A program made the position numbers and the translations under genes. A stretch of DNA of 32,000 nucleotides from an uncultured Oscillospiraceae bacterium (lineage in GTDB: Bacteria > Bacillota > Clostridia > Oscillospirales > Acutalibacteraceae), in assembly GCA_902490735.1 (NCBI GenBank), contig CABUFC010000002.1, forward strand, positions 196,011-228,010, in the 5' to 3' direction. Within the stretch, counting starts at the first letter, position 1. Each line of letters opens with the position of its first letter. The notes under the pieces are model-generated. The model saw only the letters and a list, made by a program, of their open reading frames with translations, was not told the DNA's origin and searched no databases. Shown piece after piece: positions 1-9,600 of this stretch.

Positions 1-359
1 TCGCATTAAAAACGACCCGTTTTTTTATTGGCGGGGTTCCGATTGTAGGAGGGGCTATCGGAGATAGTCTTTTATTTGCAAAAACCGCTACTGAAACGGT
101 AAAAACGACCTATGGATTATTAGGCATTATATCTGTTGCCGCCTACTTGCTTCCTACAATAATAAGCCTGCTTTTTTGGAAACTCTGCCTTTTTGCTTCG
201 TCGGCTTTTGCAGGAGTTTTAGGGGAAAACGACCTGTCGGATTTTTTGCAGAATGTGTCAAGCGTTCTTTCTGTAACAATAGGAATTCTGCTGTTTATTG
301 CATTGCTTTTTATAGTGGGACTGTCGGTTCTTATTATGATTAAAGGCGGTGCGGCGTGA
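1..359 (+). CDS. spoIIIAE: Stage III sporulation protein AE, C-terminal fragment (5' end outside window; codon phase starts at nt 3)
   Basis: Frame is open from the window edge (ALKTTRFFIGGVPIVGGAIGDSLLFAKTATETVK...IMIKGGAA). Polytopic hydrophobic C-terminus typical of SpoIIIAE. Followed by AF-AG-AH in canonical order. Confidence 0.85.
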   Translation, partial: ALKTTRFFIGGVPIVGGAIGDSLLFAKTATETVKTTYGLLGIISVAAYLLPTIISLLFWKLCLFASSAFAGVLGENDLSDFLQNVSSVLSVTIGILLFIALLFIVGLSVLIMIKGGAA

Positions 360-775
360 AAGATATGATTTATTCGCTTTCGGCGGCGGCAATTATAACC
401 TCATTAATATATATCTTTATGCCGAAAAAGGATAAAATGCTTAGGTTTGTAATAACGCTTGTTTTTATAGTAACTGTTGTTTTACCAATGATTTATACGG
501 TGCCAAAGTCGGTAGATATTAACACTGATTATATTGATAGCACAAACGACGTTTTTTACGAGATAAAAGTTAAGCAAGCCGAAGCGATGATTGCGGACAT
601 ACTTTTAAAAAACAATATAAAATTTAAAAAAATTTATGTTTTTGCTAATACTTCGGAAGAATACAACATATCTATTAATAAAGTAATTATTGAATCAAAC
701 GACGATGCAAACAAAATATACTCTTCTTTGGCGAGTCTTGATTTTTTAAAGGTAGTACAAAAATATGAAGAATAA
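356..775 (+). CDS. spoIIIAF: Stage III sporulation protein AF
   Basis: GTGA start/stop overlap with AE (alternative ATG at 365). Two N-terminal TM helices then a small soluble domain. Called mainly from its position between AE and AG. Confidence 0.7.
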   Translation: MKDMIYSLSAAAIITSLIYIFMPKKDKMLRFVITLVFIVTVVLPMIYTVPKSVDINTDYIDSTNDVFYEIKVKQAEAMIADILLKNNIKFKKIYVFANTSEEYNISINKVIIESNDDANKIYSSLASLDFLKVVQKYEE

Positions 776-1247
776 AATAAACGAATTATTAAAAAATAAA
801 AAATTTGTAAATATTGCCGCAGCTTTGCTTGCAATTGTTGGGTTAATATTGGTTTTTTCTGCAAGCCATAAAACAAGCACAACAACAAAAGCAGAAGAAA
901 CCTTTAACAGCGATGAGTACGTAAAAGCTCTTGAAGAAAAGATTAAAACGATATCCGAGTCAATTTCCGGAGTAGAAGCTAACGTTTCTATAACTATAGA
1001 AAGCACCAATGAATACGTTTATCGCGATACCCAAAAAACCGCAAGCGAAAAATCAGAGCAGGACATTGTCATTGTAAAAGATGGCAGCGGCGCCGAAGAA
1101 GGACTTATAATCACAGAAAAAATGCCTCAAATAAGGGGTGTTGTGGTCGTCGTAAAAGGAGCGGACGAAAGCTCTGTTAAAAAAATTGAAGAATCCGTAG
1201 CGGCATTATTAAATATAAGACACAGCAAGGTTTTTGTTACTAAATAA
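765..1247 (+). CDS. spoIIIAG: Stage III sporulation protein AG
   Basis: N-terminal TM anchor. C-terminal ring-building region with PQIRGVVVVVKGADESSVKKIEESVAALLNI...KVFV, characteristic of SpoIIIAG. Overlaps AF by 11 nt. Confidence 0.85.
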   Translation: MKNKINELLKNKKFVNIAAALLAIVGLILVFSASHKTSTTTKAEETFNSDEYVKALEEKIKTISESISGVEANVSITIESTNEYVYRDTQKTASEKSEQDIVIVKDGSGAEEGLIITEKMPQIRGVVVVVKGADESSVKKIEESVAALLNIRHSKVFVTK

Positions 1248-1263
1248 TTTATAGGAGGACATT

Positions 1264-1809
1264 ATGAAAAAAGGTAAAGTTTTTCACAAAAAACAAATAG
1301 TTATAGCGGCAATGGTTTTAGCGCTTGGCGGGGCTATATGGCTTAATATGAAGTATTCCGCCGGAAGCGGTGGGTTTAACACTGTAAGCAGCAGTAATAA
1401 AAACTTAGGCGATACCAAATATGTTATGGAAGAAGAGGCCGTTGAAACCGCGGCAAACGCCGATTATCTTGCAGAATACAAAAGCCAACGCGAAACGGCA
1501 AGAAATGAAGCGATAAAACTTGTGGAAGAAACCCTTTCAAAGACAAATCTCTCTGCCGAAGAAAAAAAGGCGGCTACAGAAAAAATTGAACAAGAAGCCC
1601 AAAATGTTTTAAGCGAATCCAACATTGAAACAACCCTTAAAGCTAAAGGCTTTAATTCCAGCCTTGTAATGATAAGTGGCGAGAATGCAACGGTTATTGT
1701 AAAAAGTAGTGACGGACTTACGTCTAGCGAAACACTGCAAATCCAAGACGCGGTAATTGCCAACAGTAAAATTGAACTTTCAAACATCAAAATAGTTACG
1801 GTAAAGTAG
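1264..1809 (+). CDS. spoIIIAH: Stage III sporulation protein AH
   Basis: GGAGG RBS 6 nt upstream. N-terminal TM anchor, charged coiled linker and a C-terminal YscJ/FliF-like domain. Last gene of the spoIIIA order. Confidence 0.8.
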   Translation: MKKGKVFHKKQIVIAAMVLALGGAIWLNMKYSAGSGGFNTVSSSNKNLGDTKYVMEEEAVETAANADYLAEYKSQRETARNEAIKLVEETLSKTNLSAEEKKAATEKIEQEAQNVLSESNIETTLKAKGFNSSLVMISGENATVIVKSSDGLTSSETLQIQDAVIANSKIELSNIKIVTVK

Positions 1810-1838
1810 TTGCAAAAACCAAATCCGTTTGATATAAT
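1810..1838 (+). promoter_or_regulatory. Sigma-A-type promoter for asp23 (TTGCAA-17 nt-TATAAT with TG extended -10)
   Basis: TTGCAA at 1810-1815, 17-nt spacer ending in TGA, TATAAT at 1833-1838, 42 nt upstream of the asp23 GTG. Confidence 0.45.
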
Positions 1839-1879
1839 AATTAAAATAATATTATATTAATTAAGCGGGAGGTTTTAAA

Positions 1880-2224
1880 GTGGACCGAAACGATAATTCT
1901 CTTACTATTGATAATGAAGTCGTTGCAAAAATGGCGGGTATGGCCGCACTTGAAATTGACGGTGTAGCCGGCCTTGCGAAATTGCCGTCGGATGTAAAAA
2001 CCATCGTAAAAACAGGTGAGTTTACCCGCTCTGTTAAGGTAGACAGCACCGACGGAACCATAAATCTTGAAGTATTTATTAAGATTTTCAGCAACGCTAA
2101 AGCTACCGAGGTTGCCGAAGCTGTTCAGGCAAAAGTTAAAGAAGACATTCAAAATATGACAGGAAGCGCGATCACCAAGGTCGACGTTGTAATTGCAGAT
2201 GTTGAATTCGTTGAAGAAGAATAA
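1880..2224 (+). CDS. asp23: Asp23/Gls24 family envelope-stress (alkaline shock) protein
   Basis: GTG start with GGGAGG RBS. The opening LTIDNEVVAKMAGMAALEIDGVAGL and the overall 114-aa acidic protein are typical of the Asp23 (DUF322) family. Confidence 0.85.
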   Translation: MDRNDNSLTIDNEVVAKMAGMAALEIDGVAGLAKLPSDVKTIVKTGEFTRSVKVDSTDGTINLEVFIKIFSNAKATEVAEAVQAKVKEDIQNMTGSAITKVDVVIADVEFVEEE

Positions 2225-3647
2225 TTATTCAATGCTTTTGGACTTGTACGAATTTACAATGTCCAACGGTATATTAAATTCAGAAGAACGCGATAAAATT
2301 TGTTATTTTGATATGTTTTTCCGCCGCATCCCGGATGACGGCGGCTTTGCCATTATGGCAGGTCTTGAACAACTTATTGAATATTTGCAAAATCTGTCGT
2401 TCGATGATGAGGATATCGCATATCTTCGTTCTCTTAAGACGTTTTCCGAAGAGTTTTTAGACTATTTAGCAAACTTTAAGTTCCAGTGCGATGTGTGGGC
2501 TATTCCTGAAGGCACTCCTATTTTCCCGCGCGAACCGATTATTACTGTCCGCGGCCCTGCAATACAAGCATTTATAGTTGAAACAATGGTGCTTTTAACC
2601 ATAAACCACCAATCGTTAATTGCAACAAAAGCCAACCGTATTGTGCGTGCCGCAAACGGCAGACCCGTTATGGAATTCGGCGCAAGACGAGCGCAGGGTA
2701 CTGCCGCCGCAATATATGGTGCACGTGCCGCGATTATCGGCGGGTGTGTAGGTACTTCATGCGTACAGGCGGCGCAGATGTTCGATGCGCTTCCCATGGG
2801 CACAATGGCGCATAGTTGGGTACAGCTTTTTAAAAGTGAATACGAGGCTTTTTGCTGTTATGCAAAACAGTATCCAAACAACTGCTTGTTGCTGGTTGAT
2901 ACATATAATGTTTTAAAATCAGGCGTGCCAAACGCTATAAAAACCTTCGATAACATTTTAAAACCACAAGGCATTCGACCTGCAGGTATTAGAATTGACA
3001 GCGGCGATATTGCATATCTTTCTTCAAAGTGCCGCAAAATGTTAGACGACGCCGGTTACAGTGATTGCAAAATATGCATAAGCAATTCGCTGGATGAATA
3101 TCTAATTCGAGATCTGTTGCTTCAGGGCGCCGCAATTGATAGTTTCGGTGTTGGCGAGCGACTTATAACGGCTTCAAGCGAAGCGGTGTTTGGCGGGGTT
3201 TATAAGCTTTGTGCAGTTGAAAACACTCAAGGTGAAATAATTCCAAAAATTAAAATCAGCGAAAACACCTCAAAAATCACCATACCCGGGGTTAAAGATA
3301 TTTACAGGCTTTATGATAATGATACAAATAAAGCATTGGCAGACGTAATTTGCTTAAAGGGCGAAGAGATAAACAGTCCATACGAATTGTTTGATCCGGA
3401 ATACACATGGAAAAGAAAAACGGTAGATGATTTTTATGCGGTGCCAATAAGAAAACAAATATTTAATAAAGGAAAACTTGTTTATAATTGCCCAAAACTT
3501 GTTGAAATTGCCGAATACTGCAAAAAATCAATAGACGGTCTTTGGGACGAAGTTAAGCGTTTTGAAAAACCACACAATTATTATGTTGACCTAAGCCAAA
3601 ACCTTTGGGATTTGAGGGACAGGCTGTTAAAGGGTGATAAAAAATGA
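2193..3647 (+). CDS. pncB: Nicotinate phosphoribosyltransferase (start ambiguous: TTG 2193, ATG 2199 or ATG 2232)
   Basis: N-terminal LLDLYEFTMSNG motif, MEFGARRAQG, GTMAHSWV, and a length of about 480 aa. Matches the NAPRTase family. The long form overlaps the asp23 3' end by 32 nt. Confidence 0.9.
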   Translation: MQMLNSLKKNNYSMLLDLYEFTMSNGILNSEERDKICYFDMFFRRIPDDGGFAIMAGLEQLIEYLQNLSFDDEDIAYLRSLKTFSEEFLDYLANFKFQCDVWAIPEGTPIFPREPIITVRGPAIQAFIVETMVLLTINHQSLIATKANRIVRAANGRPVMEFGARRAQGTAAAIYGARAAIIGGCVGTSCVQAAQMFDALPMGTMAHSWVQLFKSEYEAFCCYAKQYPNNCLLLVDTYNVLKSGVPNAIKTFDNILKPQGIRPAGIRIDSGDIAYLSSKCRKMLDDAGYSDCKICISNSLDEYLIRDLLLQGAAIDSFGVGERLITASSEAVFGGVYKLCAVENTQGEIIPKIKISENTSKITIPGVKDIYRLYDNDTNKALADVICLKGEEINSPYELFDPEYTWKRKTVDDFYAVPIRKQIFNKGKLVYNCPKLVEIAEYCKKSIDGLWDEVKRFEKPHNYYVDLSQNLWDLRDRLLKGDKK

Positions 3648-4207
3648 AAAAAATAATCGCTGTTTTGCTTTGTTTTATGTTTGCCGTACTGTTTTGCGGC
3701 TGTTCAAATAAAACTAATAAACCACAGCCAAAGCTAAATACTAACGATATAGCGAGTGATCTTGCGGCTGGCAAAATAACCGAAGCGGAATTTGCTTTAG
3801 GAACGCCTGTTGATACAGTCAAACAAAAATTTGACGAGCAAAATGAAGACGGTCTTGAAATAACACAAGAAAAAAACGGCTGTTCTACCATAACAATCGG
3901 TGAATATAATTACGTTTATTCGGAAGAAGAGCGCGCAGACGGAATAACAGCAATTTATACGTTTGATACCGCTTATGGATTTACTGTTGGCAGTTCGTCT
4001 TCTTTTACCGATGTAGTTCCGGCTTTTGATAAGGCGTTTAATTTAACGGAGACGTCTAAAAGTGTTATACCTACGGAAGACGATGCATTCTTTGTTCCGG
4101 GCGGACTTCCAAGCGGTGCGCAGATGGTCGTTTATTCAAACGAGAAATGCACTTTAAAATGCTTTTTTATCAGCGACTTTCTATTTGCTGTGATTTTAAC
4201 AAAATAA
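3644..4207 (+). CDS. Small putative lipoprotein of unknown function
   Basis: ATGA overlap with the pncB stop. MKKIIAVLLCFMFAVLFCGCSNK is a signal peptide with a lipobox-like Cys. No recognisable family. Confidence 0.6.
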   Translation: MKKIIAVLLCFMFAVLFCGCSNKTNKPQPKLNTNDIASDLAAGKITEAEFALGTPVDTVKQKFDEQNEDGLEITQEKNGCSTITIGEYNYVYSEEERADGITAIYTFDTAYGFTVGSSSSFTDVVPAFDKAFNLTETSKSVIPTEDDAFFVPGGLPSGAQMVVYSNEKCTLKCFFISDFLFAVILTK

Positions 4208-4229
4208 TAAAGAAGGGAGGATTTCACTT

Positions 4230-4994
4230 TTGCTACTTACTGTAGACATTGGAAATACCAATATTACCCTCGGTGGATATGTCGGCGAAAAACTTGAAGT
4301 TTCAGCTCGAATTGCTACGGACAGTCGAAAAACGAGTGATCAATATGCGGTTGAGCTTAAAAGCATTTTGGATTTAAACGATGTGGCACAAAAGGTAAAC
4401 GCTGCAATAATAAGCAGTGTTGTGCCGGAAGTTACTACATCGATAAAATTCGCCATTGAAAAGCTTTTTAATATTGAAGCTCTTGTGCTTGGCCCAGGCG
4501 TTAAAACGGGGCTTAATATTCGCATCGACAATCCGGCGCAGCTTGGAGCCGACCTTGCCGCAGGGGCAGTGGCCGCAAGCGTTAAATACGAATTGCCCGC
4601 AATAATAATTGACATGGGCACGGCTACTACAATAAGCCTTTTAAATGAAAATGGAGAATTTTTGGGCGGCGCTATCGCGGCAGGTGTGTCTTCAACACTC
4701 GAGGCGCTTACCAAAAACACAACTCTTTTGCCTTCAATAAATATTGAAACGCCCAAAAAGGTTGTGGGGACAAATACGGTTGAAAGTATGCAGTCCGGGC
4801 TTATATTCGGAACAGCATCTATGATCGACGGCATGATTGATCGCTTTAAAAAGAATTTAACAAAAGAGCCGACCGTTATTGCGACGGGCGGCAGGGCAAA
4901 GGCCATTGTAAAAGAATGCAATCATAAAATAATTTATGACGACAATCTTTTGCTTGACGGTTTATTGTTCATTTACAAAAAAAATTTTAAATAA
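4230..4994 (+). CDS. coaX: Type III pantothenate kinase
   Basis: TTG start after a GGGAGG RBS. MLLTVDIGNTNITLG (ASKHA phosphate-1 motif), IIDMGTATT and ATGG motifs. 254 aa, typical of CoaX. Confidence 0.9.
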   Translation: MLLTVDIGNTNITLGGYVGEKLEVSARIATDSRKTSDQYAVELKSILDLNDVAQKVNAAIISSVVPEVTTSIKFAIEKLFNIEALVLGPGVKTGLNIRIDNPAQLGADLAAGAVAASVKYELPAIIIDMGTATTISLLNENGEFLGGAIAAGVSSTLEALTKNTTLLPSINIETPKKVVGTNTVESMQSGLIFGTASMIDGMIDRFKKNLTKEPTVIATGGRAKAIVKECNHKIIYDDNLLLDGLLFIYKKNFK

Positions 4995-5042
4995 TCAAAA
5001 TTTGAACTGTATCAAAAAAAGAACAGTATCGAGGTAAAAATT

Positions 5043-5612
5043 ATGAAAAACAGAAAAACTGCAGTTTTAGGTTTATTTGCGGCACTTATTGTGGTGCTTC
5101 AGTTTTTAAGCTATATGGTGTCTATAGGCGTGTTTAATATATCGCTTGTGCTGGTTCCTGTTGTTTTGGCGGCAGTTATGTACGGCAAATGGGCAGGCGG
5201 AGCCATGGGCTTTATTTTTGGAGTTGTAGTTACCGTATGCTCGGCTATAGGGCTTGACAAAGGCGGATTTATTCTATTTTCTGCAAATCCGTTTTTAACT
5301 TCATTGATTTGTCTTTTAAAGGGCTCTGCGGCAGGCTTTGTTGCCGGCATTGTTTATAAAAGCTTAAAGGATAAAAAACCGTATGTTGCGGTATTGTTGG
5401 CAGCCGTTGTAACACCTGTGGTTAATACCGGCATATTTATTATCGGAATGCTAACATGCTTTAGTGATATTTTGTATTCCTGGGCAGGCGGTACAAATAT
5501 AGTTACTTATATTGTCGTGGGTCTTGTAGGAGTTAATTTTTTAATTGAACTTGTAGTAAATGTAATCTTATCAAGCGGCATTCATACAGTAATAAAATCT
5601 TTACAAAAATAA
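5043..5612 (+). CDS. ECF-transporter substrate-specific (S) component, vitamin specificity unresolved (PanT- or NiaX-like by context)
   Basis: 189 aa with about 6 TM helices and small Gly/Ala-rich helices typical of ECF S components. Lies next to coaX and pncB. No linked ECF A/T genes. Confidence 0.65.
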   Translation: MKNRKTAVLGLFAALIVVLQFLSYMVSIGVFNISLVLVPVVLAAVMYGKWAGGAMGFIFGVVVTVCSAIGLDKGGFILFSANPFLTSLICLLKGSAAGFVAGIVYKSLKDKKPYVAVLLAAVVTPVVNTGIFIIGMLTCFSDILYSWAGGTNIVTYIVVGLVGVNFLIELVVNVILSSGIHTVIKSLQK

Positions 5613-5646
5613 AAAAAGGACTTATCTAATGATAAGTCCTTTTAAT
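5611..5646. terminator. Bidirectional rho-independent terminator between the convergent ECF-S gene and pfkA
   Basis: AGGACTTATC-taat-GATAAGTCCT perfect 10-bp stem (5617-5640), flanked by an A-run (5611-5617) and a T-run (5641-5643). Confidence 0.85.
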
Positions 5647-6609
5647 TTATATCGAAATTGTGTTTGCTATTTCGTAAGTATGATATTCAAAAGGTTTTTC
5701 CATATTTAAAGCTTCAAAAATATCAAAGTTTACGATTTCATTTTTAATGCTTCCTATAACCCTGTTGCCCTGGCCGGATAACAGCAGTTGAACGGCTTCG
5801 TATCCCATGCAGCTTGCAAGTGAACGGTCTCTTGCTGAGGGTGTTCCGCCGCGCTGAACGTGGCCGAGTATCGTGCAGCGTGCTTCAATGCCGGTTTCTT
5901 TTTGAATGGCTTTAGTAATTTCTTCCGAGTGCCCAACGCCTTCGGCTACTACTATAATATAGTGCTTTTTGCCGGTGCTTTTGGTAAATTCTATTTTATC
6001 AAGAATGTCTTTTTTAAAGTCATACGGAATTTCAGGCACTAAAATTGATGTAGCACCTACGGCAATGCCGGTGTGAAGAGCTAAATATCCGGCGTTTCTG
6101 CCCATTACTTCAACAACCGAGCAACGAAGATGGCTTTGCGTTGTATCACGCAGTTTGTCAACCATTTCAACGCAGGTGTTTATAGCCGTATCGTAACCGA
6201 TTGTGTATTCTGAAGAACTAATATCATTATCAATTGTTCCGGGGATTCCTATGCAGGGAATTCCTCTTAAAGAAAGATCGCGAGCCCCTCTGTAAGAACC
6301 GTCCCCGCCTATAACTACAATGCCTTCAATTCCGAATTCTTTGCAAGTGGCAATTGCTTTTTTCATTCCTTCTTCGGTTTTAAATTCGGGTGAACGAGAC
6401 GAATATAAAATGGTTCCGCCTCTGTGAACTATATTAGAAACCGAACGAATATTTAATTCTTCGATATCGCCATCAATAAGTCCGCAATAACCTCTTTTAA
6501 TACCCATAACTTTCATCCCGGAGGCAATTCCCGAACGAACAACGGCGCGAATCGCAGCGTTCATTCCCGGAGCATCTCCACCGGAGGTAAGTACACCAAT
6601 AGTTTTCAT
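5647..6609 (-). CDS. pfkA: ATP-dependent 6-phosphofructokinase
   Basis: MKTIGVLTSGGDAPGMNAAIRAVVR, GGDGS, PGTIDND and MGR motifs. 320 aa. Confidence 0.95.
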   Translation of the reverse strand: MKTIGVLTSGGDAPGMNAAIRAVVRSGIASGMKVMGIKRGYCGLIDGDIEELNIRSVSNIVHRGGTILYSSRSPEFKTEEGMKKAIATCKEFGIEGIVVIGGDGSYRGARDLSLRGIPCIGIPGTIDNDISSSEYTIGYDTAINTCVEMVDKLRDTTQSHLRCSVVEVMGRNAGYLALHTGIAVGATSILVPEIPYDFKKDILDKIEFTKSTGKKHYIIVVAEGVGHSEEITKAIQKETGIEARCTILGHVQRGGTPSARDRSLASCMGYEAVQLLLSGQGNRVIGSIKNEIVNFDIFEALNMEKPFEYHTYEIANTISI

Positions 6610-6669
6610 TCATTTCCACTCCAAAATATAATATATGGCGTTATGGTGCCACAACCCAAAATCCCTAGT

Positions 6670-6698
6670 ATTATATCATAATTAATTTTATTAATCAA
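6670..6698 (-). promoter_or_regulatory. Sigma-A promoter for pfkA overlapping the dnaE stop codon (TTGATT-17-TATAAT, TGn extended -10)
   Basis: Minus strand reads TTGATT (6698-6693), 17-nt spacer ending TGA, TATAAT (6675-6670). About 60 nt upstream of the pfkA ATG. Confidence 0.5.
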
Positions 6699-9600
6699 CT
6701 GATTTTACGTTATTTTCTCCGAATTTTTCGCATAATTTTTCATATTTAGCACTGTCTTTAGGAAAATCCGCAAAGAATTTGCATTTTAAACGCTTGCCGG
6801 TGTCTTCAAAAATGACGATAACCTCCGCTCCGAAATTCGGATTCAGCATTTTTGTTATCATCGAAAGATCCTGTTCATTTTTATTTGGCAGTTTGATAAA
6901 TAGCTTTTTGTAAGGAAGCTTTACAATTTTGGCTTCGTCTATTCGCTCACAGATTATTTCAGGCGCACGATCCTCTCTAACAGAAATTCTGCCGGTAAGC
7001 TTAATTACGGTGTTTTGCTGAAGTGTATATACATATTCGTTGTATTGTTTTGAAAAAACCGTAACCGACGCAGAGCCCGTTTTGTCCTGTACCTTTAAAA
7101 ATGCGATATTGTTGCCGTTTTTAGTTATTTTCGTAGTCATTTCTTCAACTAATACTACTATGGTTACAGGATCGTTTTGCTTAAATTTTCCGGATAAAAT
7201 ATCGGATATTTTATCGGCGTTAATAGCTTGAATATAGCCTTCGTACTTATTTAGCGGGTGCCCGGATAAATAAAGCCCTGTTGACTCCTTTTCTAAGGAA
7301 AGTAAAATGCTTTCGTCCAGTTCGTCTACATCGGGCAGTACAAATTGGTTTTTTGCTTCTATTATGCCTTCTGAGAAAAATGATATTTGACCGGACATCT
7401 CCGCTTTTTTCTCGTCCTCGATTATGCTTAAAAGCTCTTCCGTTGATTGAAGCATTTGCCGGCGGTTAGCTAAAAGTCCGTCAAGCGCGCCGCTTTTAAT
7501 AAGGCCTTCAATTGCCCGCCTGTTAAGGTCTTTGCCGTAAAGCCTTGAACAAAAGTCATAAAAAGAAGTAAACGGTGCTTTTTGGCGCTCTTTAATAATA
7601 CTGTCAATAACCGCAGTACCAAGGTTTTTAATAGCTAAAAGTCCAAATCTTATACCGTCTTTAGTAACGGTAAATCCGTGGCGGCTTTCGTTTACCGAAG
7701 GTGGTAAAATATTAATGCCAAGCTTATCACAATGCGCGCTGTATGCCGCGATTTTATCTTCACTCGATAACACACTTGTAAGTAGTGCGGCCATGTATTC
7801 TTTGGTATAATGGCATTTTAAATATGCGGTTTCGTAAGCAATAAGGGAATATGCTGCAGCGTGTGATTTGTTAAACGCATATGACGAAAAAGCCGATATT
7901 TCATCGTAAAGCTCTTCTGCATCTACTCTTTTTACACCGTTTTTTATGGCGCCTTCTATAAATGTTGCTTTTTCTTTTTGTAAAACATCATGCTTTTTTT
8001 TACTCATGGCGCGGCGGACAATGTCAGCTTTGCCAAGAGAATACCCGGCAAGACTTCTAAAAATTTGCATAACCTGTTCTTGATAAACTATGCAACCGTA
8101 AGTAACATCTAAAATCGGCTTTAATAGCGGGGATATATAGGTGATATTTTGCGGATTTTTCCTGTTTTCGATATACTTTGGTATATATTGCATAGGCCCC
8201 GGCCTATATAGAGAAATCGCGGCAATTAAATCTTCAAGACTTGTTGGCTTTAATTTTTGCATAAGATTTTTCATGCCTTCAGATTCAAACTGGAACACGC
8301 CGACGGTATCGCCGTTTGAAAGCATGTTGTATACGGCCGTATCGTCAATTGGGATTTTTTCTATATTAAACTCAGGATTTTTTTCTTTTACCATTTTTAC
8401 GGCATCGTCAATAATTGTTAAATTCCTAAGCCCCAAAAAATCCATCTTTAAAAGGCCCAGCTCTTCAAGCTCGGTCATGGTGAACTGAGTTACTGCGGCA
8501 CCGTCTCCTAAAGCTAAGGGTACGTAATTATAAACCGGCTTATCCGAAATTACTACGCCTGCCGCATGCGTGGAAGCATGGCGCGGCATGCCTTCGATTT
8601 TTTTCGAATAATCGATCAGTTCTTTTATTTCGTTATCAACGTCGTATAAATTTTTTAGCTCCGGCTCTTCGGCTAAAGCCTTTTCAATGGTTATATTAAG
8701 CTCGTTTGGAACAAGCTTTGCCACCTTGTCGCATGTGGCATACGGCAAATCCATAACCCTGCCTACATCGCGAATAGCCGCTTTTGCCGCTAGTGTACCA
8801 AAGGTTATAATTTGGGCTACATGGTCGCTGCCGTATTTTTCCACAACATAGTTTATGACTTCATTGCGTCTTTCGTAACAAAAATCTACGTCAAAATCCG
8901 GCATAGATACGCGTTCCGGATTTAAAAAACGCTCAAAAATCAAATTGTATTTTATAGGGTCAATACCGGTAATTCCAATGCAGTAAGCTACAAGACTGCC
9001 TGCACCCGAGCCTCTTCCGGGACCTACCGGTATACCTTTCCTTTTTGCATAGTTGCAATAATCCTGAACTATTAAAAAATAGTCGGTAAAGCCCATGGAA
9101 TTTATTGTGTCAAGCTCGTAATAAAGCCTGTCTGTTATTTCTTTAGAAGGGTTGTTATAAAGCTTTTTAAAGCCTTCTTCGGCCATACTTTTTAAAAACT
9201 CAAAATGGTTTTTAGGACCAATGTCAAAAAACGGAAGCTTAAGCTTATGAAATTCAAAATCAAGATTGCATTTGTTTTTTATAACTTCGGTGTTGTCAAC
9301 AGCTTCGGGCATGTCTTTAAAAAGCTCGCGCATTTCTTGCTCGCTTTTAAAATAAAACTCGTCGGTTTCAAAATTAAGCGGATTATCATCCTTTAGCTTT
9401 TTGCCGGTTCCTATGGCAATTAATACCCTTTGCACTGCGGCGTCGTCTTTTTCAATGTAATGTACGTCGTTTGTAGCTATAAGCGGAATGTTTAATTTTT
9501 CGGATAACCTTTTAAGCTCCGGTACTATTATTTCATCCTCGCGAAGTCCGTGACGCTGAACTTCGAGATAGTAATCGTCTTTAAAAATATTTTTGTAAAA

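Noticed and set aside
2193-2231. 32-nt overlap of pncB with asp23, as a possible programmed overlap or frameshift.
   Set aside because: It is explained by start-codon ambiguity (TTG 2193, ATG 2199 or ATG 2232). There is no slippery sequence or structure.
4340-4921. 193-aa ORF antisense to coaX. Similar long antisense ORFs occur at 1464-1790, 2462-2803, 3553-3891, 13959-14309, 22353-22751 and 29147-29545.
   Set aside because: Each lies entirely inside a well-supported gene on the other strand and lacks an RBS. Each translates to low-complexity or mirror-biased sequence with no family motif. These are shadow ORFs.
5004-5030. Direct repeat GAACTGTATC / GAACAGTATC separated by A7, upstream of the ECF S-component gene (possible operator).
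   Set aside because: Only 10 nt with one mismatch in an AT-rich 48-nt spacer, and no recognisable regulator motif. It cannot be distinguished from chance without comparative data.
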